Source of the DNA: Octopus sinensis
Taxonomy: Eukaryota
Assembly: GCF_006345805.1 (NCBI RefSeq)
Contig: NC_042998.1
Span: 145,266,001 to 145,330,000, forward strand
Length of the DNA stretch: 64,000 nucleotides
Reading direction: 5' to 3'
Positions within the stretch are counted from its first letter, which is position 1; each line of letters begins with the position of its first letter. Position numbers and translations under genes: made by a program. Shown here piece after piece: positions 40,762-51,840 of the stretch. The notes beneath the pieces are model-generated. The model had not been told where the DNA came from and did not search any database. It worked only from the letters and a program-made list of their open reading frames with translations.

Positions 40762-40881
40762 AGACCTGATGAGTAACTATATTTTTAAATAGAATTAACT
40801 TTAGATCGATTTACTTTTAAATCGAATTGATTTTATTATTATTATCTATTTGAAAATATAGCCACGAAACGCGCGTAGTCT
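40762..40881 (+). ncRNA. Type I hammerhead ribozyme with intact catalytic core, in a solo PLE pseudo-LTR (family B)
   Basis: Stem I AGAC/GUCU; CUGAUGA 40766-40772; stem II 40773-40792 with 40846-40865 (18 of 20 pairs); GAAA 40866-40869; stem III AC-GCGC-GU; triplet GUA, predicted cleavage after 40877. Confidence 0.85.
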
Positions 40882-41547
40882 TTTTACTACTATTTACTAT
40901 TTGTTGCTTATGTATTTTATTGATTTTTAGAATAAAGTTTTTATTGCATAGGTTTTCTCTATGGTGTGAATAACGTCTTTGAATCGTTTAATAGAGGTTT
41001 TTATCTAATTATATACATATTATATATATATATATATAAAATATGTATATATATATATATATATTATATATATATATATACATACACGCACACAATTATA
41101 CATACGTATATATACACACACACGTATACCTACACTAAGTTAAGCACAGTTACTCGCCATACACACAAAAAAACGCACACGTACACACACACATACTACA
41201 ACAAAACGCACACACGATACATATACACGCACACACACATACCTCCCTGTTTCTGACCTGCCTTTCTGACTTGCTAGGGTACCCCCACATCACCCCTTAA
41301 TTCTACTACTGCCTGCTACTAGCCATTGTCCACCATACACACACACGCACACACTCACACACACACTTGTCATCTCGCATACCTTTTTTTACCATTCCTT
41401 CTTTGATAGAGCTCTCTTGTTTTTAAAAACATATTCCTCCATTTTTACCACTTCCGTCTTTTTAGCTTTTTAGTATGTGAACTCGTGAATACCACCGGCG
41501 ATTTTTTTTCCTCTGTCCTCCCGTCTCGGGATCTTTCCTTCTCCCAT

Positions 41548-41582
41548 GTTTCCGACGAAGAGCTCCGCTCGAAACGTCAAAC
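41548..41582 (+). ncRNA. Minimal type I hammerhead-like motif (family C1)
   Basis: GUUU-CCGACGA-A-GAGC-UCC-GCUC-GAAAC-GUC-AAAC; U4 replaced by C. Confidence 0.7.
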
Positions 41583-41686
41583 CCTCCTTCTTCCCTTCTT
41601 TCCTGACCGTCCAATAATACTTTATTTGTTCCACATCCTTGCGTTGTTGTCTTTTTGTTTTCTTGATTGGATTAACTTTATATATA

Positions 41687-41742
<56 letters not shown>

Positions 41743-42273
41743 TATATATATTATATATATATATTATATATATATATAAAATATGTATATATATATATAT
41801 ATATATACATACACGCACACAATTATACATACGTATATATACACACACACGTATACCTACACTAAGTTAAGCACAGTTACTCGCCATACACACAAAAAAA
41901 CGCACACGTACACACACACATACTACAACAAAACGCACACACGATACATATACACGCACACACACATACCTCCCTGTTTCTGACCTGCCTTTCTGACTTG
42001 CTAGGGTACCCCCACATCACCCCTTAATTCTACTACTGCCTGCTACTAGCCATTGTCCACCATACACACACACGCACACACTCACACACACACTTGTCAT
42101 CTCGCATACCTTTTTTTACCATTCCTTCTTTGATAGAGCTCTCTTGTTTTTAAAAAATATTCCTCCATTTTTACCACTTCCGTCTTTTTAGCTTTTTAGT
42201 ATGTGAACTCGTGAATACCACCGGCGATTTTTTTTCCTCTGTCCTCCCGTCTCGGGATCTTTCCTTCTCCCAT

Positions 42274-42308
42274 GTTTCCGACGAAGAGCTCCGCTCGAAA
42301 GGTCAAAC
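42274..42308 (+). ncRNA. Minimal type I hammerhead-like motif, second tandem copy (family C1)
   Basis: As at 41548 but GAAAG-GUC, which breaks the second stem III pair. Confidence 0.6.
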
Positions 42309-42412
42309 CCTCCTTCTTCCCTTCTTTCCTGACCGTCCAATAATACTTTATTTGTTCCACATCCTTGCGTTGTTGTCTTTTTGTTTTCTTGATTGGATTA
42401 ACTTTATATATA

Positions 42413-42462
<50 letters not shown>

Positions 42463-42484
42463 TTTAGCGAGCGGAACCGCGGTA

Positions 42485-42600
42485 CATGTCGTCAGATTGC
42501 ACTGTCCTCAGATTGACATCCAAACACTCTGAAATGTTCATATTGGAGCTTCCGGCGCGAATGCCAAGCAACACAGTATGTCGGTTCCAAATGCGATATT
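42485..42600 (-). mobile_element. Tc1/mariner-like transposase HTH fragment; related pieces at about 40470-40635 and 50345-50645
   Basis: Minus strand reads HTVLLGIRAGSSNMNISECLDVNLRTVQ; agattgcact.tcctcagat.gaca.ccaaacactctgaaatgtt is shared with 50535-50580, and gcaatacagtatgtcgtttccaaatttctggc is shared by 40578 and 50590. Confidence 0.5.
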
Positions 42601-42621
42601 ATTAACATTTCATTTTATTTA

Positions 42622-42810
42622 AAACAGCGAGCTGACAGAGTCGTTAGCGGCATTTTGTCCACCCTTATGTTCTGAGTTCAAATTCAGCCGGGGTCGTCTT
42701 TGCCTTTCATCTCTTCGAGGTCGATAAAATAGGTAGCTGTTGAGTATCGGGGTCGATGTAATACACTTACCCCACCCCCAAAATAACTGCCTTGTGCCAA
42801 AATTTGAAAT
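42622..42810 (+). mobile_element. SINE family 1 copy
   Basis: gcgagctgacagagtcgttagc...ctgagttcaaattcagccggggtcgtctttgcctttcatctcttcgaggtcgataaaat. Confidence 0.75.
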
Positions 42811-42929
42811 CAATATTTCATCTTATAGCTCTCTGCTCCAGATAGGATAGCGATGTTTACGATGATATTGTGTTAAGTAACGAACACAATTCCATTAAAA
42901 ATAGATCGATATATATATGTATATATAGA

Positions 42930-44050
42930 GAGAAGTCACAAAAAAACAAGACAGGTGGTGTACAAAAACAGATGTATTAGTATAATGCTCGGGAAGTGAA
43001 AAAGTCTTAACGTTTCGAGTCTACGCTCTTCCACAGAAAGGAACACTGTAAGAATCAAGGAAAGAAAATAAAGAACGTGTAGTGGCTTGCGATCTATCAT
43101 GGTGAATGCCGGATAGAGGGGTAACACAGGAGAGCTAGAAAGAAGGGAGATAATAAAGTAATGGTGATCCCAAAATGAAGATTTGCGTGCGTGTGTATAA
43201 GAGAGTATGTATGTGCGTGTGGAAGAGGGCTGGTGGCCTTGACGTGTGTGTGTATTTGTAGGTGTGTGGATGATGGTGTGGGGCTGGCAAGTGGTCAGTG
43301 CTAGTGTGTGCGTGGTGGTGTGATGTGATGTGGCGTTGTGTGGTATGTTGGTGTATGGTATGGTGGTGTGCGGTGTGGTGCTGTTGGGATGTGGGAGAGG
43401 CGAGAGTGGGGAAAGCAAGGGTGGGGTGTGGGTTAATCTGAGGGTGGGGGTAGAGGTGAGGTATGTGGGAATGGGTGTAAAGGATGGGATGGATAGGGAA
43501 GGTGGGGTTAGATTATGTAGGGTGGGGTTACGAAGGAGGGGTGACGATGAAGGGAGAGGGGGAAAGGAGAATGTGGGTAGGAGTGAAGAGAAGAGAGGAG
43601 AGTAGGAGTGAAGAGAAGTAGGAGTCGGAGCAAGAGAGGAGAGGTGGGTAAGTGGGAGGAAGTAGGTATGAGAGGGAGAGAGGAGAGGGAAGGAAGGTTA
43701 GATGAAGAGGAGAGGAGCGTTGAGCCGATGTAGCGCAAATGAGCGAAGAGAGAAGATTAATCCCTGTTCACGGCGAAAACGGGAGTCCGGATGGCTCCTA
43801 TGCAAGGACAATTTGAACACAGACAAGTGCTACAAAGAGTAACCGGTAGAGCGGAAATGGCTCGAGATCGGGGTGTCATTGCCGAGTCGGTTGCTTCGGA
43901 GGTATTCTGCGAACCGGTCAGCCAAGCGGCGTCCCGTTTGCCCGAAGTATAGAGAAGGGCAGAGAGAGCAGGAGATGCAGTAGATAACATTGGTAGAAGT
44001 GCAGGTGAAGGAGTTAGTGATATGATAGGGTCGATGGAAGGCAAACAATA
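42930..44050 (-). mobile_element. 5'-truncated Penelope-like element (GIY-YIG, pyrimidine-rich 3' region, HHR-bearing end)
   Basis: FTCTSTNVIYCISCSLCPSLYFGQTGRRLADRFAEY...PISSHF (Neptune-type endonuclease pattern); 42935-43100 is homologous to 51478-51645. Confidence 0.85.
43004..43041 (-). ncRNA. Minimal hammerhead-like motif with CUGUGGA core (family C2)
   Basis: Minus strand: CUUU-CUGUGGA-A-GAGC-GUAG-ACUC-GAAAC-GUU-AAG. Confidence 0.55.
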
Positions 44051-44974
44051 AGTCAAGGCAGGACTATGGCATTTAAATTCATTTTATTCAATCTAAAAAA
44101 TAGTAAAATAATACAAAACTGGTAGCGACAGAGACTATTTCTACTATCTTTACCAGTTTTGTATTATTTTACTAGTTTTAGATTGAATTAAATGAATTTA
44201 AATGCCATAGTCCTGCCTTAACTAATTGCTTGCCTTCTTCACTACTTTAACTGATACGTACTAGTTCAAAGGTAAGCTACCAACTGCCAACCACTGGTCT
44301 AATTGGAATTTTGGTGGATTACCTACTGGAGCACTCAGTACTCATACCTGTTAGTTTGGGTTACTTTGATCTAAATTCCTCATATCTTCTATATGTATGT
44401 ATGGCAATATGAGGTTCTCAAAAAGACTCAACTTCCTTAACAGTGTAAGCGAAACGTAATTTTTGGTGAATTATTTTTCACGTAAATTGTATCGAGATTA
44501 TTTTACACTGGTGGCTGTTATGATTTCGGCGCGAAACGAATCAGTTGCTGTACAGACTTCGAAGCGATAGGTTGGGAGTCTCTAATCATGGTAACACGTG
44601 CTGAAGAAGCTAAGGTTTTATTTTACCAATGCAGAAACCGGTCCGCGTGAGTCCAAATACTTAAATGTATGTTAGTAGATTGTCTTAACCTGATTTTGCC
44701 TTCGTTTGATTTCTGTAGTTTTCATCAGTGTATTTTTGGCGATTTAATAAGAGTTTTGACTGTTATTTCTAGCAGGTAGACATACTTAGTATGTCCTTTG
44801 ATTAATTTTAATCCCTCGGCTATTTAATGCTATTTTTGGGCCTGCTATCGCCTGTGTCATTGATTCTGTTATTATTATTTTTAAAATAGTTACATTGGAT
44901 AATAATAGAATTAATGACACCTTCGTAAATTAATTTTTGTATGTATGTATGTATGTATATATAATATATATAAA

Positions 44975-45029
<55 letters not shown>

Positions 45030-45038
45030 ATATATATA

Positions 45039-45077
<39 letters not shown>

Positions 45078-45589
45078 CAGTATTTCGACAGTAATTTTTC
45101 ATAATTGCATTTCATCTTACGTTTTGCACTGTTTAAGTTCGAGCTTTCTTCATGTTGCATGTCTTGCCAGTGTACTACTAAATTAATATTTCATTGTTTT
45201 TAGCATAGGTAAATCTAATTTTAACGTTTTTCTTTTCAACATATGTAGTAAAATAACATACATACATTGATAGTAAAATAACATGCATACATTGCTATTA
45301 AATATCGGTAGGTTTATAAAACGAATCCGACCGTTTAACCGTGCTTCACAATAAATGTATGATGCTTGGGGAGGTATGTGGGTGTGGGTGCTTAGCAAAG
45401 ACTAATGTATGATAGTATAGCGAAATGTAATCTAACTAGCCTTAAAACATTTTCAAATATTGAAAAAAAAATTTAAATGAGTACGTCCGGCCCGATCCAG
45501 TAGATACAGATCATCAACGAGTAAGACTACTATATGGTCGATCACAATGCTAGAAATAGCAGCCAATTCTCCCTTAAACCATACCTTAC

Positions 45590-45716
45590 TGGAAAACATG
45601 GAATGAAGTGGTGAAAGTTCACCTTAGGACTCTGAGGATAAGGAATGAGATGGCAAAGGACCGGGACCTCTGGCAATATGAGGTTCTCAAAAAGACTCAA
45701 CCTCCTTAACAGTGTA
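45590..45716 (+). mobile_element. RTE-type LINE 3' terminal fragment
   Basis: TWNEVVKVHLRTL...EMAKDRDLWQYEVLKK resembles the RTE ORF end (TW.E.V..DL.......DR..WR..V). Confidence 0.5.
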
Positions 45717-45729
45717 GAATATTTAGATA

Positions 45730-46835
45730 CTGTTAACACACAATAATTCTCAATTCCAGAAAACAAACACATTCCTACAACTGGTAACCAAACGTGCAAA
45801 CTTCCAGCTGCTGACAAAGTTGCAGTAATTATGCAAGATGCAAATCTGAAAACAGTACAAATGCAAAGACCTCTGACACTGCATAAAAGGTGTGTTCCTG
45901 GAGAATCACTCCTTCAAACAATCCAATGCATCCAAATTATGACCCACTGCAGTTCCCAGTGCTATTTTTATTCGGTGATAAGGGATGGAGAATCAACTTT
46001 TAATGCTGGAGGTAAGAGTCATAAAATATCACAGATGGAGTTATAAAAATATAGGCTCATGGTTTGGGGACATGATTTCTATTTTCTTCACTACTCAGAT
46101 CGTTTGGCTCAAGAATATTATTGTGATATATATTACAACACTGAAGAAGCAAGGTTACAGTGGAATCAATGTAATGGAAAAAAATTAGAGTAGAAACGTA
46201 TCAAAATATTCATGATATTCATCATAACATGTATTCTTATAGCTCAAATATTGACAAAAGAGTAATCATGCTTCCAACATTCACAGGAGGCCCATGATGG
46301 ATGCAGAAACTATACCAAGACTCGACAGCAATTGTTCAAAAGTTTGGAAAACCAAATTTCTTCATCACTTTGCAATTGTAATCCTCAATGGAAAAAAAAT
46401 CACAGGAAACTTTATCCAGGAAAGACACCGGCTGACAAACCAGACTGACAGAGTATTTGATATGAAACTTAGGGATCATTTACATGACATTTTGGAGAAG
46501 AAAAGTTTGGGAGAGATTGCATGTTACGTGTGAACTATAGACACTCAAAAGAGTAGACTACTCCATTGTCATATGTTGTTCCTATTAGAAAAAGAATGTA
46601 AGTTAGATCCAGAACACTATGGTAAATTTGTTTATTCATAACTTCCAAATTCTCAAACACAACCGATTCTATTTTAACATTTCACCAAAAGCATGCTACC
46701 TTGTCCATGTGGGAGAGATAGACCCAATACAACATGTATGGTTGATAGGAAATGTAAAAAACATTTCCCTAAAGACTTTTAGGAAAATACATTATGCAGT
46801 TATAACGGCTATCCATTTACCGATATTGAAATAAT
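45730..46835 (+). mobile_element. Decayed Helitron Rep (HUH) coding fragment
   Basis: Across frameshifts: LPAADKVAVIM, NPNYDPLQFPVLF, VIMLPTFTGGP*WMQKLYQDSTAIVQKFGKPNFFIT, CNPQWKKI, DTQKSRLLHCHML (cf. EFQKRGLPHAH), PCG...CMVDRKCKKHFPKDF, GYP. Confidence 0.88.
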
Positions 46836-46867
46836 GGTTCTACATTTACAAAGTCAAATGTCGAATC

Positions 46868-47396
46868 ACGGGAGTGGGCTCATAAGTTCATAGGCTGTTA
46901 AAGCTGAGAAATCTTGCATATATTAATTTCAACTCTTTTTTAAAATTAAGAACTGCATTTTTTTCCAAAGTAACTAGTAGCAAATTCTCTTGAAAATGAA
47001 AAAAAATTGTCATCTCGGTGTTATTAAGTACCTGCAAGAAAAGGGCTTAGCCCTCAAGGACATTCACGCTGACAGGGCTCTTATATTAGGGAATGACGCT
47101 CTAGCTTTATCAACAGTGCAGAAGTGAGCAGCTGAATTTAGGAGAAGGGAGAGTGTTGAAGATAGCATAAGGTCTGGACGTCCTGCAACTGCCAACACAA
47201 AGGATGATCGTGTTCACCACAGTCGCAGTGTTGATGGCGTCATATCTGCTGTTGAAGATATTTTTTCTGCAACAGGATAAAGCTTCTTCTCCAACGAGAT
47301 CCAAGCACTGCAACATCAATGAAAGATGTGTATGGTCTGGTCACATTCCATGTGAGTACCTCGGTCAGCCTGTGAACTTTTCAGCCAACCCTCATA
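46868..47396 (+). mobile_element. Internally deleted mariner element with terminal inverted repeats
   Basis: Left TIR acgggagtgggctcataagttcataggctg; right TIR is the reverse complement of tatgagggttggctgaaaagttcacaggctg; GVIKYLQEKGL..KDIHAD...STVQK*AAEFRRRESVED..RSGRP. Confidence 0.8.
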
Positions 47397-47531
47397 TATA
47401 CGTATATATATATATAGCAATAATGTATTTGCATGGAGTTAAATATACGTCCTGCCATAGAGTGACCAATAGTTTCGTATCCATAAAGCATCTAGCTTTA
47501 TAGACGAGTCGTCTATGTGCCCGTGGCTACT

Positions 47532-47593
47532 GGAGTCTGACGAATAATCTATAAAGCTAAGCACTTTATGAATGCGAAACCATTAGTCACTCT
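47532..47593 (+). ncRNA. Type I hammerhead ribozyme with intact core but decayed helices (family E)
   Basis: GGAGU-CUGACGA (47537-47543)-...cuauaaag/cuuuaug...-GAAAC (47576-47580)-cauua-GUC-ACUCU; preceded by an inverted partial copy at about 47494-47508. Confidence 0.65.
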
Positions 47594-47833
47594 ATGACAA
47601 GACATATATCTAAACTCCATATATATATGAGTAAAATTATTTTTTACTTTAAGTTCGAAACGTGTCCATAGTTAATGAGCCTTATTGATTCATTATTTTT
47701 CTTTTGTCTGCCTACAATAAAGTGTGTTATCCTCGGAGATTTTAAGGTAGTAAAAAGGACTTTAGCGTCTATTTCTTAAGGTGCGTGGTGAGGCATAAAG
47801 CCGACCCCTTGTTATAATTATGTATATAATTAT

Positions 47834-47916
<83 letters not shown>

Positions 47917-48938
47917 ATATATATATATATATATATCTGAGCGTTTACATATACATGTGTATGTATATGAGGGTGTGTATGCGTGTGTGCGTGCGCACGT
48001 GTCAGGCTGTGTGTTTGTATGTGTGTGCTTGCGCGTGAGTCTGTATGTATAAGGTTTTAAGTCTTTCGAACTGGATTTATGACCTAGCTGACAACTTGTT
48101 ATCTGTCGGTTCGTCTTCATTCTCCTTTTATTCTTGTGTTTTGCTTTATGATTTTCATTTTATTCTCTCTTTTTCTCTCCTTTCTATGTCACTCAAAGGA
48201 AAGTCCATTGATATGGGTTGACACGGCTTAGTACTAGTGACATCACAGACGTAGCTCTCAAAATGCATGGTTCTGAATCAGATTCCACAAGGCATCTAAC
48301 CCCGACTCTCTAACAACTCCGCTTGTTTACTGCGCGTGATTGGTATGTTTTAATTGACCCCGAAAGGGTGAAAAGCAAAGTTGACCTCCACATGATTTGA
48401 TCTCACAGAGTTACCTCGAAGCATTCAATCCAACACTGAAAAGGACACCACTAAATCGTCATTGTATGCACGTATATTCATACTTATATACACAAAAGCA
48501 TACACACACACACACACACACACACATGCGCGCGCTTGCGCGCGCATTCAGCTGTACATAGATGAGTGCAGATTGGAACATTGTATAAAATGCCGTGTAA
48601 TTGTAACGGGAATAATTTGGGACAATTACACACTACGCACATATATTTGTGTGTTTATGTGGTTGTATAAATGTGTGGATTATTGTATAAGTACATATGA
48701 ATAATCGGCAAAACAAACAGTTGTATCACTTCTGTATGAAAAGACGAAACGATGTTTAGATTCTGCAATGCTTTTTTGTTCGAAATAAAAAACATGTGAA
48801 GATATAAAAATCAGGCAAACAGAAATTCGAAGTAACACCGTACGATAAAACCTCCTATTAAATGAAAATACTGGGATAAAGATACAAATAATAATGATGA
48901 TGATGATGATGATAATAATAATAATAATAATAATAATG

Positions 48939-48997
<59 letters not shown>

Positions 48998-50200
48998 TAT
49001 AGTAATAATAGCGATGTCTTTAATATTAAAGCGATGAAAAGACCTAGCGCTTATTTTCCATTTCATTTTGTTGAAATGCCATCCGCACAGGCTATTTTCT
49101 CTGAAGGGAAATAGAGAGAGGCATAGTGTTGTTATGAATACAGGAGATATTTTTGTCCTGGTAAAGTGGACATTTTGGTAAAACGGATGGATAATAGCTC
49201 CGGGCTTTAACATGAATCTTTCAATGTTATATTGAAAAAAGAAAACAAACAAAAAGAAAAGCAAAAAACAAGCTGAATAAACCGACCATTATTTAAAAAT
49301 GGATCGATATTCTTATGAGCAGCCAAACGTGAAGTTTTCCTATAAACTAATATACTTAAATGAAGATAGATATGCAGGTGTTCTTAATGCATTAATATCG
49401 GCAGTAGTGGTAGTCGGATCTGAGGGAGTCGGCAGAGCATCAAACTAAACGACTTGTAATATTTAATCAAATACCTTTTGAGTTCTAGGTTTATGGACTA
49501 AAAGGATAAACTTTATTCAATCGACCATTTACAACCTGCAATAAACTTTTTTGGTTGTTTTGGCCGAAGTAAAGAAGAAAATTTTATAAACATGTGTTGC
49601 CATGGTTGTGTTCGTAATCACGTAGTTGCAATCCCATTGCACAGTACCTTTCGCAAGTGTCGTGTACTACAGTTCCGGTGCGACCAATGCTTTGTCAGTG
49701 AAACTGTTGGAAGATTCTCGTGGCTGCGTTGTAAGAAGTTTGCGTTCCAACCACTTGGATCTGGGTACAGAACAATGTGACACTTGATCAGGCGTCTTCT
49801 GCTTTAGCCGTGGGTCGACTAAAGCTTTGTGAGTGGATTTGGTAGATGGAAACTGAAAGAAATTCGTTGTATATGTATATATGTGTGTGTGTGTGTGTGT
49901 GTATTCTTGGAAATGAATGCGTCGCGTTCAATTAAATAAATAATAAATTATATATATAAATACACACGCATATATGGGTACAGGACGTCACCGACGGTGC
50001 AAATAACATGACATACGTAAACAACGAGTAAAAATGGAAAGCAGGACAAGTTAACAGAGAGAAAGGACCCTTCATCAGTTGTCTGCTGTCTATCTAGACC
50101 TCATTTCAAGCATTCAGCGACATATTTCATGTTATTTGCACCATTGCTGACATCCTGTACTCATATGTTCATATATACATATTATACATATCTATATATC

Positions 50201-50342
<142 letters not shown>

Positions 50343-51364
50343 ACAGGGTGCGGTGAATGAATTGCCATCTAAATTACTGAACAATAAACCTCATTTTAAC
50401 AGATGTATTTACCAAAATTACATGTCTTCCAGCAGCCACCCTCTTGGCCCAGGGCAGCACTACTTCCTCCAGTCGCCATCACTAGTGATCACTCCTAACA
50501 CCATAATGTTGACTGGATATTTGATTTTTATCCTTAGATTGCACTATCCTCAGATAGACACCCAAACACTCTGAAATGTTCGTATTAGAGCAATACAGTA
50601 TGTCGTTTCCAAATTTCTGGCAGAGTAAATTGCGTCATGGTGCTGCTTTTCTCACAGACGGTGCCCAACTGACCCTACTATATTGTGTAGTCGACAAAAT
50701 CAAACACAAACAATGCACATGTACGAAATTACAAATATAAAATAGCGACAATTTACTCATCATAAACACTCTCTGTGTGTGTACGCGCGAGCGTGTATAT
50801 ATATATATACATATACATACATATATATAGTATATACATATACATATATATACATATATATAGTATATATATAATATATATATATAATATATATATATAA
50901 TATATATATATATATATAAGGTATAAGGATCAAGGTGTAGGAAGAAAATTAGCTTCCAGCAAACAGTAGTAAATAAAAAAAACAACTTTCAGGGACAATA
51001 GTGGTTTATTGAGACGGAAGGTTGTGGTTTTTTCCTTATCAAAGTAGGATAAATTGAAATAAGATCTTTTTATATTTCCCGGTAGGGAACCAGGGCTGTT
51101 GAGTATGCGAATAAGAATACAAGAGTGAAGGAAAAGAGCAGATAACACCCGGGCGAGATATGTTTCATAGCGAACGGAACCTTGGGAAGTAGTAAATATC
51201 CTAGTGAGGTGAGGGACGTTCTGATTGAATCTTCCATGCGTTAACATGAACGTCCTTGTGACAATGTAAACTTTCATTTAATCAAAGTACCATTGGCCTG
51301 AATAGTAGCCCGCAGTATACATCTCGCTAGAATATTTACCACTTCCGAGGTTCCGCTCGCTATG

Positions 51365-51455
<91 letters not shown>

Positions 51456-51477
51456 CACATATGATATATATCAGTCG

Positions 51478-51645
51478 CCATGATAGATCGTTAGCCACTA
51501 CATGCATTTTTTCTCTCCTTGTTTTTTCTGTGTCCCTTTCTGTAGAAGAGCGTAGGCTCGAAACGTAAAAGACTTTTTCTATTCCTGTTTGTTTTGTACA
51601 CCACCTGTCATCGTCTTTTGTTTTTTTTTCGAAAACTCTCCTATA
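51478..51645 (+). mobile_element. Solo 3' end (pseudo-LTR) of the PLE family seen at 42930-44050
   Basis: gatagatcg...gccactaca...cctttctgt.gaagagcgtag.ctcgaaacgt.aagacttttt...gtacaccacctgtc aligns with the reverse complement of 42935-43100; flanked by microsatellites. Confidence 0.8.
51536..51571 (+). ncRNA. Minimal hammerhead-like motif with CUGUAGA core (family C2)
   Basis: CUUU-CUGUAGA-A-GAGC-GUAG-GCUC-GAAAC-GUA-AAAG; stems I and II each 4 perfect pairs. Confidence 0.65.
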
Positions 51646-51671
51646 CATACATACATACATACATACATACA

Positions 51672-51732
<61 letters not shown>

Positions 51733-51840
51733 GCGGTGGTGCCTCAGCATGGCCGCGGCCTTCGGGCTAAAACATTTTTAAGGATTTAAGGATATATATA
51801 TATATATATATAGATATATATATATATATATATATATATA

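Larger units (their letters stand above)
41020..42458 (+). repeat. Tandem duplication of a ~726-bp unit (CA/TA-rich segment plus a PLE-like 3' end carrying a minimal HHR)
   Basis: Anchors catacacgcacacaattatac at 41081 and 41808; HHR cores at 41552 and 42278; only a few differences between units. Confidence 0.92.

Noticed and set aside
44715-44735. Minus-strand CTGATGA
   Set aside because: No stem II or downstream GAAA-NUH; expected by chance in AT-rich DNA.
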